64,000 nucleotides of DNA from Dehalococcoidia bacterium (GTDB lineage: Bacteria; Chloroflexota; Dehalococcoidia; Plut-88900), in NCBI GenBank assembly GCA_965197585.1, contig OZ240215.1, forward strand, positions 1-64,000, in the 5' to 3' direction. The translations under genes were made by a program, and so were the position numbers. The notes below the pieces were generated by a model. The model saw only the letters and a list, made by a program, of their open reading frames with translations, was not told the DNA's origin and did no database searches. Of this stretch, positions 51,966 through 61,335 are shown piece after piece. The first letter of the stretch is position 1. Every line of letters starts with the position of its first letter.

Positions 51966-53159
51966 ATGAAATGGGCTTCAGCCATATCAGAGCAGCATAC
52001 CTTGAAGGCCGCGGTGCAGGAGGCGGCCGAGCGCGTTAAGGCGGACCTCGGCGGGGGTACGCCTGACCTCCTTATGGTCTTCGTATCCAACACACACCGC
52101 GCTGAATACGACCAAGTCCCGGACATAATTTCCGAAATCAGCCCCGTCGAGAACCTGATCGGCTGCTCGGGCGGAGGCGTCATCGGGGAGGGTAAGGAGG
52201 TCGAGAACCGGCCGGCGGTCTCCATCACCGGCGCTATCCTCCCGGATGTTCACCTGAACTTCTTCCACGTTGATGATGCCGACTTGCCGACACCCGATGA
52301 TGGACCCGCGTCTTGGGAGCAAATTGTAGGCGTCAATGCCGACCAAAAGCCTCACTTCGTAGTCCTGCCGGACCCGTTCACCATCCACGCCGATAGCCTG
52401 GTCGCCGGACTGGACTTTGCGTTCAATGAAGGTGTGAAGATTGGTGGGTTGGCCAGCGGGGGAATGAGCGCCGGGGCCAATGCCCTCTTCCTTGGCAAGG
52501 ACGTCTATCACTCGGGAGCGGTGGGGATGGCGATGTACGGGAACGTGAAGGTGGACACGATTGTCGCGCAGGGGTGCCGACCCATCGGGCAGTCGGGCGT
52601 GATTACCAAGTGCCAGGGGAACCTGCTGGTGGAGTTGGACGGACAGAGCCCGATGGAAGCCCTTCGCAAGGTCTTCAATGAGTCGGACAGCCACGACAGG
52701 AGACTCATAAATTCAGCGCTGCACCTGGGCGTCGTGATGGACCCCCTCAAAGACCAGTTCAGGCCCGGCGATTTCCTGATCCGCAACGTGATGGGCCTCC
52801 ACCAGGAAACCGGGGCCCTGGTCATAGGGGAAATGCTGAGCGAAGGTCAGGTCGTGCAGTTCCACGTTCGGGACGCCGAGACGGCCAGGCAGGACCTGGA
52901 GGCCGTGATGGACCGCTACGTGGAGGACAACGACTATTCAGGCACGTCCGGGGCGCTGCTCTTCTCCTGCCTCGGCAGAGGCGAGCACCTCTTCGGGCGT
53001 CCCAACCATGACAGCGACATTTTCCTGAATCGCATTTCCCGTGCGCCGCTGGCCGGGTTCTTCTGCAACGGAGAGATCGGGCAGGTGGGCGGATCGACCT
53101 TCCTGCACGGTTTCACAAGCTCCTTTGCGATGTTCAGCGAAGGGCCGGGTACCGGGTGA
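51966..53159 (+). CDS. FIST N/C domain small-ligand sensory protein
   Basis: IGCSGGGVIG, DPF, IGGLASG, VAQGCRPIG, FLIRNVMG, VQFHVRD, FSCLGRG, GFFCNGEIG, LHGFT. Confidence 0.9.
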   Translation: MKWASAISEQHTLKAAVQEAAERVKADLGGGTPDLLMVFVSNTHRAEYDQVPDIISEISPVENLIGCSGGGVIGEGKEVENRPAVSITGAILPDVHLNFFHVDDADLPTPDDGPASWEQIVGVNADQKPHFVVLPDPFTIHADSLVAGLDFAFNEGVKIGGLASGGMSAGANALFLGKDVYHSGAVGMAMYGNVKVDTIVAQGCRPIGQSGVITKCQGNLLVELDGQSPMEALRKVFNESDSHDRRLINSALHLGVVMDPLKDQFRPGDFLIRNVMGLHQETGALVIGEMLSEGQVVQFHVRDAETARQDLEAVMDRYVEDNDYSGTSGALLFSCLGRGEHLFGRPNHDSDIFLNRISRAPLAGFFCNGEIGQVGGSTFLHGFTSSFAMFSEGPGTG

Positions 53160-53230
53160 CGGGTCCCGCAATCTGATATATTGCTTCTGAGGCCGTTTCA
53201 CCGACCCTTATAAGCGAAAGAGGTGGGTAT

Positions 53231-53881
53231 ATGGCAATGGCACAAGCCCAGGATATGGCAGGGGAACCCTCGGCCCCGATAGTAGTCAGCGTACAACACC
53301 CCGAGAAGCTGTCCCGGCTGCACCTTCTACTGAAGACGTTCTTTGGCTTTATTTACGTGGGCATCCCTCATGGGATCATCTTGTGGGCCTTGAGCATCGC
53401 GGCCTGGGTGGTCTCCCTGGCTGCCTTCGTGGTTATCCTATTCACGGGTCGATACCCGAAGAGCCTATTCGACTTCGCCGTCGCGTATCAACGGTGGAAC
53501 CTGAGGGTTCTGGCGTACGCAGGCCCTTTCTTGGGCAACTTCATGGTGGACAAGTACCCGCCCTTCTCCTTCGAGGAGGACCCCGACGACCCGGTGATCC
53601 TCAGGGTGGAGTACCCGGAGACCCTGTCCAGGCCCCACGCCGTACTCAAGCTGCTGTTGGGCTGGCTCTATGTGGGCATACCCCACGGGTTCATCCTCCT
53701 CTTCTACGGCATCGCGTTGATGATTGCCCTTTTCTTTGTGTGGTTCATAATACTGTTCACCGGCAAGTTCCCCGAGGCGGTTTTCAGGTTCGCGGAGGGG
53801 TACATGCGCTGGGGCACGAGAGTGAACCTCTACCTGGCCTTCGCCACGGACAAATACCCCAAGTTCAGCCCCAGCCCCTAG
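53231..53881 (+). CDS. DUF4389-type membrane protein with two internal repeats
   Basis: Twice P(E)xLSR...IPH...ILFTG(R/K)(Y/F)P...RW..RV..Y....DKYP.FS. Confidence 0.85.
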   Translation: MAMAQAQDMAGEPSAPIVVSVQHPEKLSRLHLLLKTFFGFIYVGIPHGIILWALSIAAWVVSLAAFVVILFTGRYPKSLFDFAVAYQRWNLRVLAYAGPFLGNFMVDKYPPFSFEEDPDDPVILRVEYPETLSRPHAVLKLLLGWLYVGIPHGFILLFYGIALMIALFFVWFIILFTGKFPEAVFRFAEGYMRWGTRVNLYLAFATDKYPKFSPSP

Positions 53882-53909
53882 ACCCTAGTCAAGAAACAGA
53901 TGGTAAAGA

Positions 53910-53938
53910 AAAGCGTCGGCGCACCGCGCCGACGCTTT
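53910..53938. terminator. Bidirectional terminator between convergent genes
   Basis: AAAGCGTCGGCGC-ACC-GCGCCGACGCTTT. Confidence 0.8.
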
Positions 53939-53959
53939 ACATTCCCCAGTTACCCGGCC

Positions 53960-55174
53960 CTAGATCACCACGCCCGCCTCTTTGAACCCGACAATCTCCT
54001 CCCAGGTGTACCCCAGTTCCAGCAGCACGTTCCTGGTGGACCCGCCGAACTCAGGAGCCGAGACCTTTGAAGCAAAGCTCTCGTTGCCGATGCGGAATGG
54101 GGAGGCCAGCTCTTTGAGGGAACCGTGCTGCGGATGTTCCACCTCTACAATCGAGCCCGTAGCCTCCAGTTGAGGACTCAGCCCAACTTCATCGACGCTG
54201 GAAATAGGCTCCCACGGCAAGCCCGCTTCGTCCAGCCGTGCAGCCCAGTAGTCCCGAGGCTGTGTTTGGAAGTGCGCCTCCAGGATGGCCGTGAGCTCCT
54301 CGCTGTGAACCGCCCTGTCTTGGAGCGACCCATATTTAGGCTCTTCCGCTAGGTCGGGCCTTGCAATGGCTGCACAGAAGGGGAGCCACGCTCGGTCGCT
54401 CTGGAGCAGGCACAGTTGGGCCCATTTGCCGTCGCCGCACTGGTAGTACTTGACCAGTGGGTTGATGCTAATGAATTCGGCAAGGGACTTAAGAGGCCTG
54501 CCGGAGATCAGCGTAGACCAGATTGATTCGGCGCTGCCCCAGATGCCAGCGTTGTATAGGGAGGTATCAACCACGGCGCCTTTGCCCGTCCGCTCCCGCG
54601 TATAAAGCGCCATCATTATGGCCCCGAAAAGGAAAGTTCCGGTGTTTACGTCTCCTAGCGAACACGGTAGGTCGACAGGCGGCCCGTCCACCGGACTGAT
54701 CGCCGACATCAAGCCGGAACGCGCCCAATAGCTCAGCATGTCGTAACCGGGACGGTCTTTGTCAGGCCCATCTATTCCATAGGCGGTGAGCCTCCCGTAA
54801 ACGAGGGCAGGATTGATCGCACTTAAACTCTCATAGTCGATACCAAGCGCCGCCGCCGTCCCAACCCGCAAGTTGGTAACCATTACGTCCGAGTACTTGA
54901 TAAGCCTTGCGAATATCTCCTTCCCCTTTTCGGAACCGAGATTCAGCGCCAGGCTGCGCTTACCTCGGTTGATCTGCTCGAAGACGTAGTTGACCAGGTC
55001 GGGCGTAGGGTCGATGTTGGGTATCCAGCCCCTTGTCGGGTCGCCACCCGACTTCAGATGTTCAACCTTGATTACCTCGGCCCCGTAATCGGCCAGCATA
55101 ACGCCGCAGGTCGGGCCCGACACCCAGTTGGATACCTCTACGACTTTGACACCCTCTAACGGCTTGAGACTCAA
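53960..55174 (-). CDS. Family III CoA-transferase (CaiB/BaiF)
   Basis: PLEGVKVVE, LADYGAEVIKVE, NRGKRSLALNL, GYD, SGLM, GDV..G, APEFG. Confidence 0.93.
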   Translation of the reverse strand: MSLKPLEGVKVVEVSNWVSGPTCGVMLADYGAEVIKVEHLKSGGDPTRGWIPNIDPTPDLVNYVFEQINRGKRSLALNLGSEKGKEIFARLIKYSDVMVTNLRVGTAAALGIDYESLSAINPALVYGRLTAYGIDGPDKDRPGYDMLSYWARSGLMSAISPVDGPPVDLPCSLGDVNTGTFLFGAIMMALYTRERTGKGAVVDTSLYNAGIWGSAESIWSTLISGRPLKSLAEFISINPLVKYYQCGDGKWAQLCLLQSDRAWLPFCAAIARPDLAEEPKYGSLQDRAVHSEELTAILEAHFQTQPRDYWAARLDEAGLPWEPISSVDEVGLSPQLEATGSIVEVEHPQHGSLKELASPFRIGNESFASKVSAPEFGGSTRNVLLELGYTWEEIVGFKEAGVVI

Positions 55175-55192
55175 GACTTAAACCTCCTATAG

Positions 55193-55426
55193 GAGACCTT
55201 TGCAAATCTTTGACGAAGAAGGGCTGAAGGCGAGGGTCAGCCCCTCTCCCTCGACGAGACCTTGTCGTAACCTTAGCGGAGAGGGCAAGCCGTGGTGTCC
55301 TACCCCCTCTCCCTCGATGGGAGAGGGTTGGGGTGAGGGTGAAACGCATACCCGCAATGCACCTATGTACAGACCTCCCCACCTAATTCCAGCCAACCCG
55401 TCATTCCGAGGCTCCGCGAGGAATCT
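55193..55426. repeat. Cluster of REP-like palindromes, possible degenerate MITE
   Basis: CCCCTCTCCCTCGA repeated (55241, 55304), hairpin CCCTCTCCC-TCGAT-GGGAGAGGG followed by TTGGGGTGAGGGTG, GTCATTCCGAG...GAGGAATCT, left end GAGACCTTTGCAAA. Confidence 0.55.
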
Positions 55427-55449
55427 GGGGCGGGGTTTCGGCATCCACC

Positions 55450-56787
55450 CTACATCATCCCCATTTTGCGTACATCTTTTAGCGACTCCTTCATCGCATC
55501 CACTATCGTGTCCACGTCCTCATCACTGTGCGCTGTAGACGTGAATCCCAAGTGTATCCCCGGCACGATAACCCCGCGGTCTAGCAGATGGAGGTAGAAC
55601 TGTATCTCCGCGTCATGCAGTGATGAATCGATGTCCCGAGAGCTGTTTATCGGGGCACGCTGGAAGCGCAAGTAGAACAACGACTGGGCGCTCATCATCT
55701 GGACGGGCAGCTCCTCGGCCATGCAGAAGGAGTTGATCTCCTCTGAGAGCCGAGCCCCGCGCTCCTCAAGCTGTGAATACAGCTCCGGGTGATTCTTCAG
55801 GTGGTTAACCGCCGCGTGACCTGCGATCATGCTGATGGGGTTGCCGCTGAACGTCCCTCCGGAGAAGATCCGCCGAGGCCCGGACTTGTCCCCTTCCCGG
55901 GACCCCGAGAACACCCCCATGATGTCTTCCGACCCTGCCAATGCCCCGATCGGCGTCCCACCCCCGATTATCTTTCCGTAGGCCGCCAGGTCCGGCACGA
56001 CGTCGAAATACTCCTGAGCGCCTCCGTACCCAAGCCTGAATCCGGTAATGACCTCATCAATGAGGAACAGGACTTCGCATTCGCGGCAGACCTGCTGCAA
56101 TTGCCTGAGGAAGTCTCCGTGGTCCAGCCTCGGGTTGGAGCTTTGCACCCCTTCGATCATTACGACTGCAAGCTCGTCCTTGTGCTCACGGATAATCTCG
56201 AATGCCTCATCCTCCCGGTAGGGAAGCAGGATGACGTTCTCCGTGGTCTGTAGAGTTATTCCCCCGCCCAACCCCCGGGCTATGGGCCGATTGCGAGGGC
56301 TTTCACGCCGGGCCCCGGCCAGTACCTGGTCATGCGCACCGTGATAGCCGCCGTCGAACATGCCAATCTTGTTCTTGCCTGTATAGGATCTCGCGACGCG
56401 GACGCCGTACATGGTGGCCTCAGTGCCGGAGTTTGCGAAGACGACCTTGTCGGCGCAGGGCGCACCCTCTACCATTAGTGCTGCCAGTGGCTCCTGGTAC
56501 GGGTTGTGAAGCCCGAACTGCAGCCCCCGAGACACGGCCTCGGTCACCGCTTCCACTACGACGTCGGGGGCGTGGCCCAGGATGTGAGGCCCGAACCCCA
56601 TCGTCATGTCGATATACTCGTTACCGTCTACGTCGGTGATCCGGGATCCCTTTGCCTCCTTGATATAAAGGGGATAGGGCATGTCGACGGTTCCCACCAC
56701 CTCCTGCGCCACGACCTCCCGGGTGCGCTTGAACACCTCCTGGGATTTACGCGTCCTGCTCTCCAACCGCTCGAGTACGCTCACCAT
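55450..56787 (-). CDS. Class III PLP aminotransferase, glutamate-1-semialdehyde aminomutase-like
   Basis: DVDGNEYID, ILGHA, NSGTEAT, GGYHG, DEVITGFR, PLP Lys in YGKIIGGG, GTFSGNP. Confidence 0.88.
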   Translation of the reverse strand: MVSVLERLESRTRKSQEVFKRTREVVAQEVVGTVDMPYPLYIKEAKGSRITDVDGNEYIDMTMGFGPHILGHAPDVVVEAVTEAVSRGLQFGLHNPYQEPLAALMVEGAPCADKVVFANSGTEATMYGVRVARSYTGKNKIGMFDGGYHGAHDQVLAGARRESPRNRPIARGLGGGITLQTTENVILLPYREDEAFEIIREHKDELAVVMIEGVQSSNPRLDHGDFLRQLQQVCRECEVLFLIDEVITGFRLGYGGAQEYFDVVPDLAAYGKIIGGGTPIGALAGSEDIMGVFSGSREGDKSGPRRIFSGGTFSGNPISMIAGHAAVNHLKNHPELYSQLEERGARLSEEINSFCMAEELPVQMMSAQSLFYLRFQRAPINSSRDIDSSLHDAEIQFYLHLLDRGVIVPGIHLGFTSTAHSDEDVDTIVDAMKESLKDVRKMGMM

Positions 56788-57020
56788 GGACTGCCTCCCA
56801 TATCCCGAAACTGCGTGACCTTAACCCCGGCCCCGATTGCCCAATGGTATGGCGCGGCGCATGACTAGTCAACGAAATGTCCATCACTGATGCCCTGCTC
56901 TTTAGGACTGTCAGACAATAACTGGACTAATTCCTCTACTGTGACTATGTTGTGGCGTGATGATACTGTGGCACTGTCTGGTCGGCGGTGTTTCAATGAT
57001 TTCGGGGAGGTTTGTCTAAC

Positions 57021-58079
57021 ATGTTCAACATAGCGCTGTCCTGGCCCGTTAACCAAGACGAACTGCGAAAACTCCAGGGTTATGTTTCCGATGTTTGCCG
57101 GATACTTTCGCCCAGGTCCTACCATATCCAGGACCTGCTGACCGTGGCCCCCGACGCCCATGCCATCGTAGGCGGATACATACCGGAGCAGATGATCGAA
57201 CGAGCCCCTAATGTGCAGCTGGTACAGGTACTCCACTCCGGCGTAACCCACCGCTCGATAGTCGGTGCGGACCTCGGTTTCTCATTCAACACCCTGAGAG
57301 TACGGAACATATTGCTCGGCAACATAGCCGGGGCCAACGCTGTCGCCGTGGCGGAGATGGCTTTCGCACAGACAATGGCCCTGGCCAAGCGGGTCCTCCC
57401 CGCCCACCGAGCCATAGCCCAAGGCTCCTGGTACCCCTACACCCGAGATACCATGGGCTGCGAGCTGGCTGGCAAGACTATGGGAATCGTTGGCCTGGGC
57501 GCTATCGGGGTGGAACTCGCGAAGAGGGCCGGCGCCTTCGGGATGCGGATTCTGGCTACCAAGCGGACCCCGGCCCCCGACCTCGTTGAAGAGTTGGGGC
57601 TCGACTTCCTGGGCGGCCCCGAAGACCTCTCCCGCGTCCTGGAAGAATCGGACTTCGTCGAGCTTTGCATCCCTTGGATGCCCACCACAGACAAGCTCAT
57701 CGGCGATGCCGCCCTGAAATCCATGAAACCAACGGCTTATCTCGTCAACATCGCCCGGGCCCGCATCGTCGACGAAGAGGCCCTCTACAGGGCCCTGACC
57801 GAGAACTGGATCGCAGGCTTCGGAACAGACGTGTGGTGGGACTACGATATGATGCCCGGCCCCTCGGATGCCGTACCTTTCATCCATTGGGGTGTTGCAA
57901 ATCCCATTGTCTCCCGCATGGGCATCCACAAGCTGGACAACGTTGTCATGACCGGTGACCGTGCCGCCTACAACCCCGAGACCCTTGAAAACTTCCTCAA
58001 AGTGGGTATGGAGAACGTAGACATGCTCGCCCGAGGCCAAACACCCCTCCACCTCGTCGACCTCGGGACTCAGGGGTGA
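57021..58079 (+). CDS. D-isomer-specific 2-hydroxyacid dehydrogenase family protein
   Basis: NAVAVAE, GKTMGIVGLGAIG, MKPTAYLVNIARA, GTDVWW; ATG 10 nt after GGAGG. Confidence 0.85.
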   Translation: MFNIALSWPVNQDELRKLQGYVSDVCRILSPRSYHIQDLLTVAPDAHAIVGGYIPEQMIERAPNVQLVQVLHSGVTHRSIVGADLGFSFNTLRVRNILLGNIAGANAVAVAEMAFAQTMALAKRVLPAHRAIAQGSWYPYTRDTMGCELAGKTMGIVGLGAIGVELAKRAGAFGMRILATKRTPAPDLVEELGLDFLGGPEDLSRVLEESDFVELCIPWMPTTDKLIGDAALKSMKPTAYLVNIARARIVDEEALYRALTENWIAGFGTDVWWDYDMMPGPSDAVPFIHWGVANPIVSRMGIHKLDNVVMTGDRAAYNPETLENFLKVGMENVDMLARGQTPLHLVDLGTQG

Positions 58080-58101
58080 ATGGCGCCAGCAGGTTTAACC
58101 C

Positions 58102-60357
58102 CTAAGGCACAGCCTCCTCCGAAGAAAACCGCTTCAGCACGTTACCCGTGACCCGAGAAACCGTGTTGTCGTATTCGTTGTAAGAGAGGCTTCCGCACCA
58201 GCTGATCGAGCCCACGGAGAACACCGCGCCGTTCCTCGGATAGCGCAGGTACACCATGTCCGCCTTCACCAGCGGGTTTGTGGTCCCGCCCTGCTTTGAG
58301 GTTGATTGATCGACCTCCTCCACGACATGCTGGTAGGAGTCGGAGAAGCCCGTGGCTGTGGCAAGGTGGATGGTGTGGGGCGGCGTCCCGAACCGGGGCT
58401 CCATCCTGTCGAGCTCAAAACCCGCGGCCCCATAGTCCATCACGAGAGATGGGAAGTCCCCGATAAGCTCGTCATCCCCGACGCCCTCGAATATAAAGGC
58501 GGTCCGCGGGTCCCGGCTGCCGGGTTCCCGGCGGTACGGCGCGTTGACGTCGTTGCCCTGGGAGGTGAACCCGATGCCGAGCATCCGCTGGGGCGCGCGG
58601 CCCCTGTCCCGCCAGATGCCCCCGGGCTCACCCGTAAAGCTGATACGTGCCTCGCCCGCGTCGGCTCGCCAGGTCTGGGTGCCGCCCCAGCGCCGGATCT
58701 CGATCGTGTGCCCCGACTCTGGGTCGAGAGCCGTCACCCAGTAAAAGCCGTTGCCGCCCAGGTACATGAGCCTGCCGCCGTCCCGCAGGTAGGTCTCCAT
58801 CGCGTCGAGCATGGCGGCGGACCAGTACTCGGGGTGTGAGCCGGTGACTATCACCTTATAGGACTTCAGAAGGGCGAGCCCATCCTTGTGCAGGTCGTGG
58901 TCGGTTATGACATCGTAGGGGTGCTCCTCGGCTTCCAGCCAGTCGACGAGATGGAGGTCGGCGCTGAGCTGATGTGGGCTGCCTTTGCCGGAGGCCAGCC
59001 CGACCGAATAGTACCCGGGACGCATGTTGACTATTGGCCTGAGCCACGACGAATGGCAACCCCCCGAGCCGTCGGTGTGAGAGTTGTAGAGGCTGACCAG
59101 CCCGTTATCGACGATGTAGTGGTCTTCCGGTTTGACCGGATACTTGAAGCCGGGAACGAAATAGTCGGAGAAGTTGCCGGCGGTATCCTCGGTATGCTGG
59201 CCGTTGCCGTAGGCCATGTAGCTGAAGGTGGGTACGAGGAAGGCGGTGGGGGCGGTGGGAGCGCCGGTCTCGGGGCGGACGAAGAATGGTACGTGGTCGA
59301 CAGCGTCCCCGGCCTGGAGCCGAGCAGCGTAGACCCCGCTCTTCATCCCCTCTGGTACGGTGAACTCGAAATCCACGTCCCAACCGGCGTTGTCCAGATC
59401 GTCGTCGTGGAAGTGGATCGCGCCGTATTCCTCGGGACGCAGAGGAAAGGCGTTGTCCCGACCCGTCCAGTTGTGGCCGGTCATGCCCCTGGCCGGTCTA
59501 TTGACCGTGCGGCCATGAAGCGCATGCACCGAGTTATCCGTGGCCCGAGTCGAGCCGATGTCCTTCGAAAAGTCCCAATCCCCGATCAGGCTCCCCCCGA
59601 AGGACGAGGGTTGCGCCCCCCGCTTGAGCGATGATAAATCGGCGGCGTACAAGCCGGAATCGAAGAGCCTCGGGCCGTCGATCTTGCCATTGTAATAACC
59701 AGCTATTTGCAGTTTGCCATCGACGGTCCCGTTGGAATAGGCGGCCATGATCAGAGGGGCGTTGGTCGGCCCGGGCCCCGAGGCCACACTTATCCAACGG
59801 GTGACGTTATGCAGGCCTTGGTCGGGCCAGGGAGGGACGGGTTCCTGGGATAGGACTACCGTCTTGGAGTCCGCGTCGAAACTGGCCGCCACGAAATACC
59901 ATACCCAGCGATGGAGGGGAACTTCGGAGCTCACCTCGACAATCGAGCCCTCCCCATCCCCGAGCTTGAAACTTAAACAACCTTCTTCGTCGATGAAGAG
60001 CCCGTACCCCCGTGACTCGGCCCCCGACCACTTGGTCACGATGCCCTGCAATCCCTTGTCGGGGGTGGTGGGCCAAATCCAGGCCTGAATGCACACCGAC
60101 TTTGGATTGCGTATCAGGGGATTGTCGGGAACAACGACGTAGGAGCCCTTCGTTATTACCTGCTCCCGACCCTCGTATTCCCTGTTCACATCTGCCTCGA
60201 ATACCTCTTCCCTGAGCCCCGGCCCGGTGGGGTTGGGGTCCCCATGTATCAGCCTGACAATATCCGCCCGGTACGTCCCCCTCCGAGAGCTCACCATGAA
60301 CTTCACGGTCTCCCCAACCTTCACACTCGGCCTATCCGTATAACCAACTACGTCCAT
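58102..60357 (-). CDS. N,N-dimethylformamidase large (beta) subunit family protein
   Basis: GYTDRPSV..GE, LamG-like domain, HFHDDDL, SGVYA, PTFSYMAYGN, SLY..H.DG, GSHPEYWS, YLGGNGFYW, GAVFSVGSISW. Confidence 0.88.
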   Translation of the reverse strand: MDVVGYTDRPSVKVGETVKFMVSSRRGTYRADIVRLIHGDPNPTGPGLREEVFEADVNREYEGREQVITKGSYVVVPDNPLIRNPKSVCIQAWIWPTTPDKGLQGIVTKWSGAESRGYGLFIDEEGCLSFKLGDGEGSIVEVSSEVPLHRWVWYFVAASFDADSKTVVLSQEPVPPWPDQGLHNVTRWISVASGPGPTNAPLIMAAYSNGTVDGKLQIAGYYNGKIDGPRLFDSGLYAADLSSLKRGAQPSSFGGSLIGDWDFSKDIGSTRATDNSVHALHGRTVNRPARGMTGHNWTGRDNAFPLRPEEYGAIHFHDDDLDNAGWDVDFEFTVPEGMKSGVYAARLQAGDAVDHVPFFVRPETGAPTAPTAFLVPTFSYMAYGNGQHTEDTAGNFSDYFVPGFKYPVKPEDHYIVDNGLVSLYNSHTDGSGGCHSSWLRPIVNMRPGYYSVGLASGKGSPHQLSADLHLVDWLEAEEHPYDVITDHDLHKDGLALLKSYKVIVTGSHPEYWSAAMLDAMETYLRDGGRLMYLGGNGFYWVTALDPESGHTIEIRRWGGTQTWRADAGEARISFTGEPGGIWRDRGRAPQRMLGIGFTSQGNDVNAPYRREPGSRDPRTAFIFEGVGDDELIGDFPSLVMDYGAAGFELDRMEPRFGTPPHTIHLATATGFSDSYQHVVEEVDQSTSKQGGTTNPLVKADMVYLRYPRNGAVFSVGSISWCGSLSYNEYDNTVSRVTGNVLKRFSSEEAVP

Positions 60358-60388
60358 GTTATTACCCCCGCCGGACTGATGAGCCTGT

Positions 60389-60886
60389 TTACCCGAGGGC
60401 TATCGCTTCTTTAGTCTTCGACGTTTGTTTCGACGAGGGGAGGGAGGGTGGCCACGGGGTTTCCTCTACGACTAGATTGCGGCCAAGGAGACGCAGTGCT
60501 CTCTCTATAGTGCTAAGGTGGGAGTACGTGTCGGGGTTGCAGAGCTTTTGGACTGCAGGCGTAGTCAACCCCATTTTCTCGGCAAGATTCTCGATAGTAA
60601 CGCCTTGCCTTCTCATGGCTGTGTTCAAAGCTACTTTGGCAGCGGCGATGGGAGGAAGTGGAATCGGGACCTGCCCGTCGGCAATGGGGCTGGGCAGAGG
60701 AATGTCCTCCTGCTGACGATAGTAGGCGCCTAGTGCGGCAACCAGGGCATCCTCGGCATTGCCCAAGGCCTCTTCCCACGACCATCCTCCCGTCGAGGCC
60801 CCGTATACATCGGGGAATGTGACCACGTAGGCTTCCCAGTCCGCCTCCTCATCAAGGACTATGTTGCAGGGATAGACATACTTCAC
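60389..60886 (-). CDS. hicB: HicB-family antitoxin with C-terminal HTH (copy 2)
   Basis: YVVTFPDV.GA.TGG.SWEEAL.NAEDAL, IPLPS; clear paralog of 20903-21382. Confidence 0.88.
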   Translation of the reverse strand: MKYVYPCNIVLDEEADWEAYVVTFPDVYGASTGGWSWEEALGNAEDALVAALGAYYRQQEDIPLPSPIADGQVPIPLPPIAAAKVALNTAMRRQGVTIENLAEKMGLTTPAVQKLCNPDTYSHLSTIERALRLLGRNLVVEETPWPPSLPSSKQTSKTKEAIALG

Positions 60887-60888
60887 AA

Positions 60889-61095
60889 TTAGAAGTCCTC
60901 TCGCCTGATTCTCAGGTCCCTCAGCATGGAAAGGAAAGTCCCAGGGCCGATCTCGCCGTATTGTACCGGCGTTCTGCGCGCTCCGATATAGATGAGTTGG
61001 TGGCTCCCCTTCCCTCGACGGCTATCGAGATAAAAGTCCAAGCCATTCCTCCGGGCATACCGTCTCGCGCGCCTCACAAACTCCCTGCCGTTCAC
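60889..61095 (-). CDS. hicA: HicA-family toxin (copy 2)
   Basis: GKGSH, GEIGPGT; paralog of 21386-21592, same length. Confidence 0.85.
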   Translation of the reverse strand: MNGREFVRRARRYARRNGLDFYLDSRRGKGSHQLIYIGARRTPVQYGEIGPGTFLSMLRDLRIRREDF

Positions 61096-61300
61096 TCACC
61101 TATGTTCGCACGCGATACGGCTATTATAAAGCCCTGTAGCTGGAGTGTGTGCCGTTCACCCATCTCGGCATCCGGCATTGTCACGGTAGTTGATTCGTCT
61201 TGAAGTTACATGAATAACCTGAGTTAGTAACCGCTGCAGGGTCAGGTAGACATTGCAGCACTTGGGGCGGCATTGTCGATCGTGTTTCAACTCCCACCCC

Positions 61301-61329
61301 TTGACAGACTTGTGATTCTAAATTAGCGT
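61301..61329 (+). promoter_or_regulatory. Sigma70-type promoter with no protein gene downstream
   Basis: TTGACA-17 bp-TAGCGT. Confidence 0.6.
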
Positions 61330-61335
61330 AGTAAT

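Noticed and set aside
55450-56787. Assignment as hemL
   Set aside because: The family is clear, but the N-terminal GGV.SP.R-type segment of true HemL is not evident and no hem genes are nearby; left as class III aminotransferase
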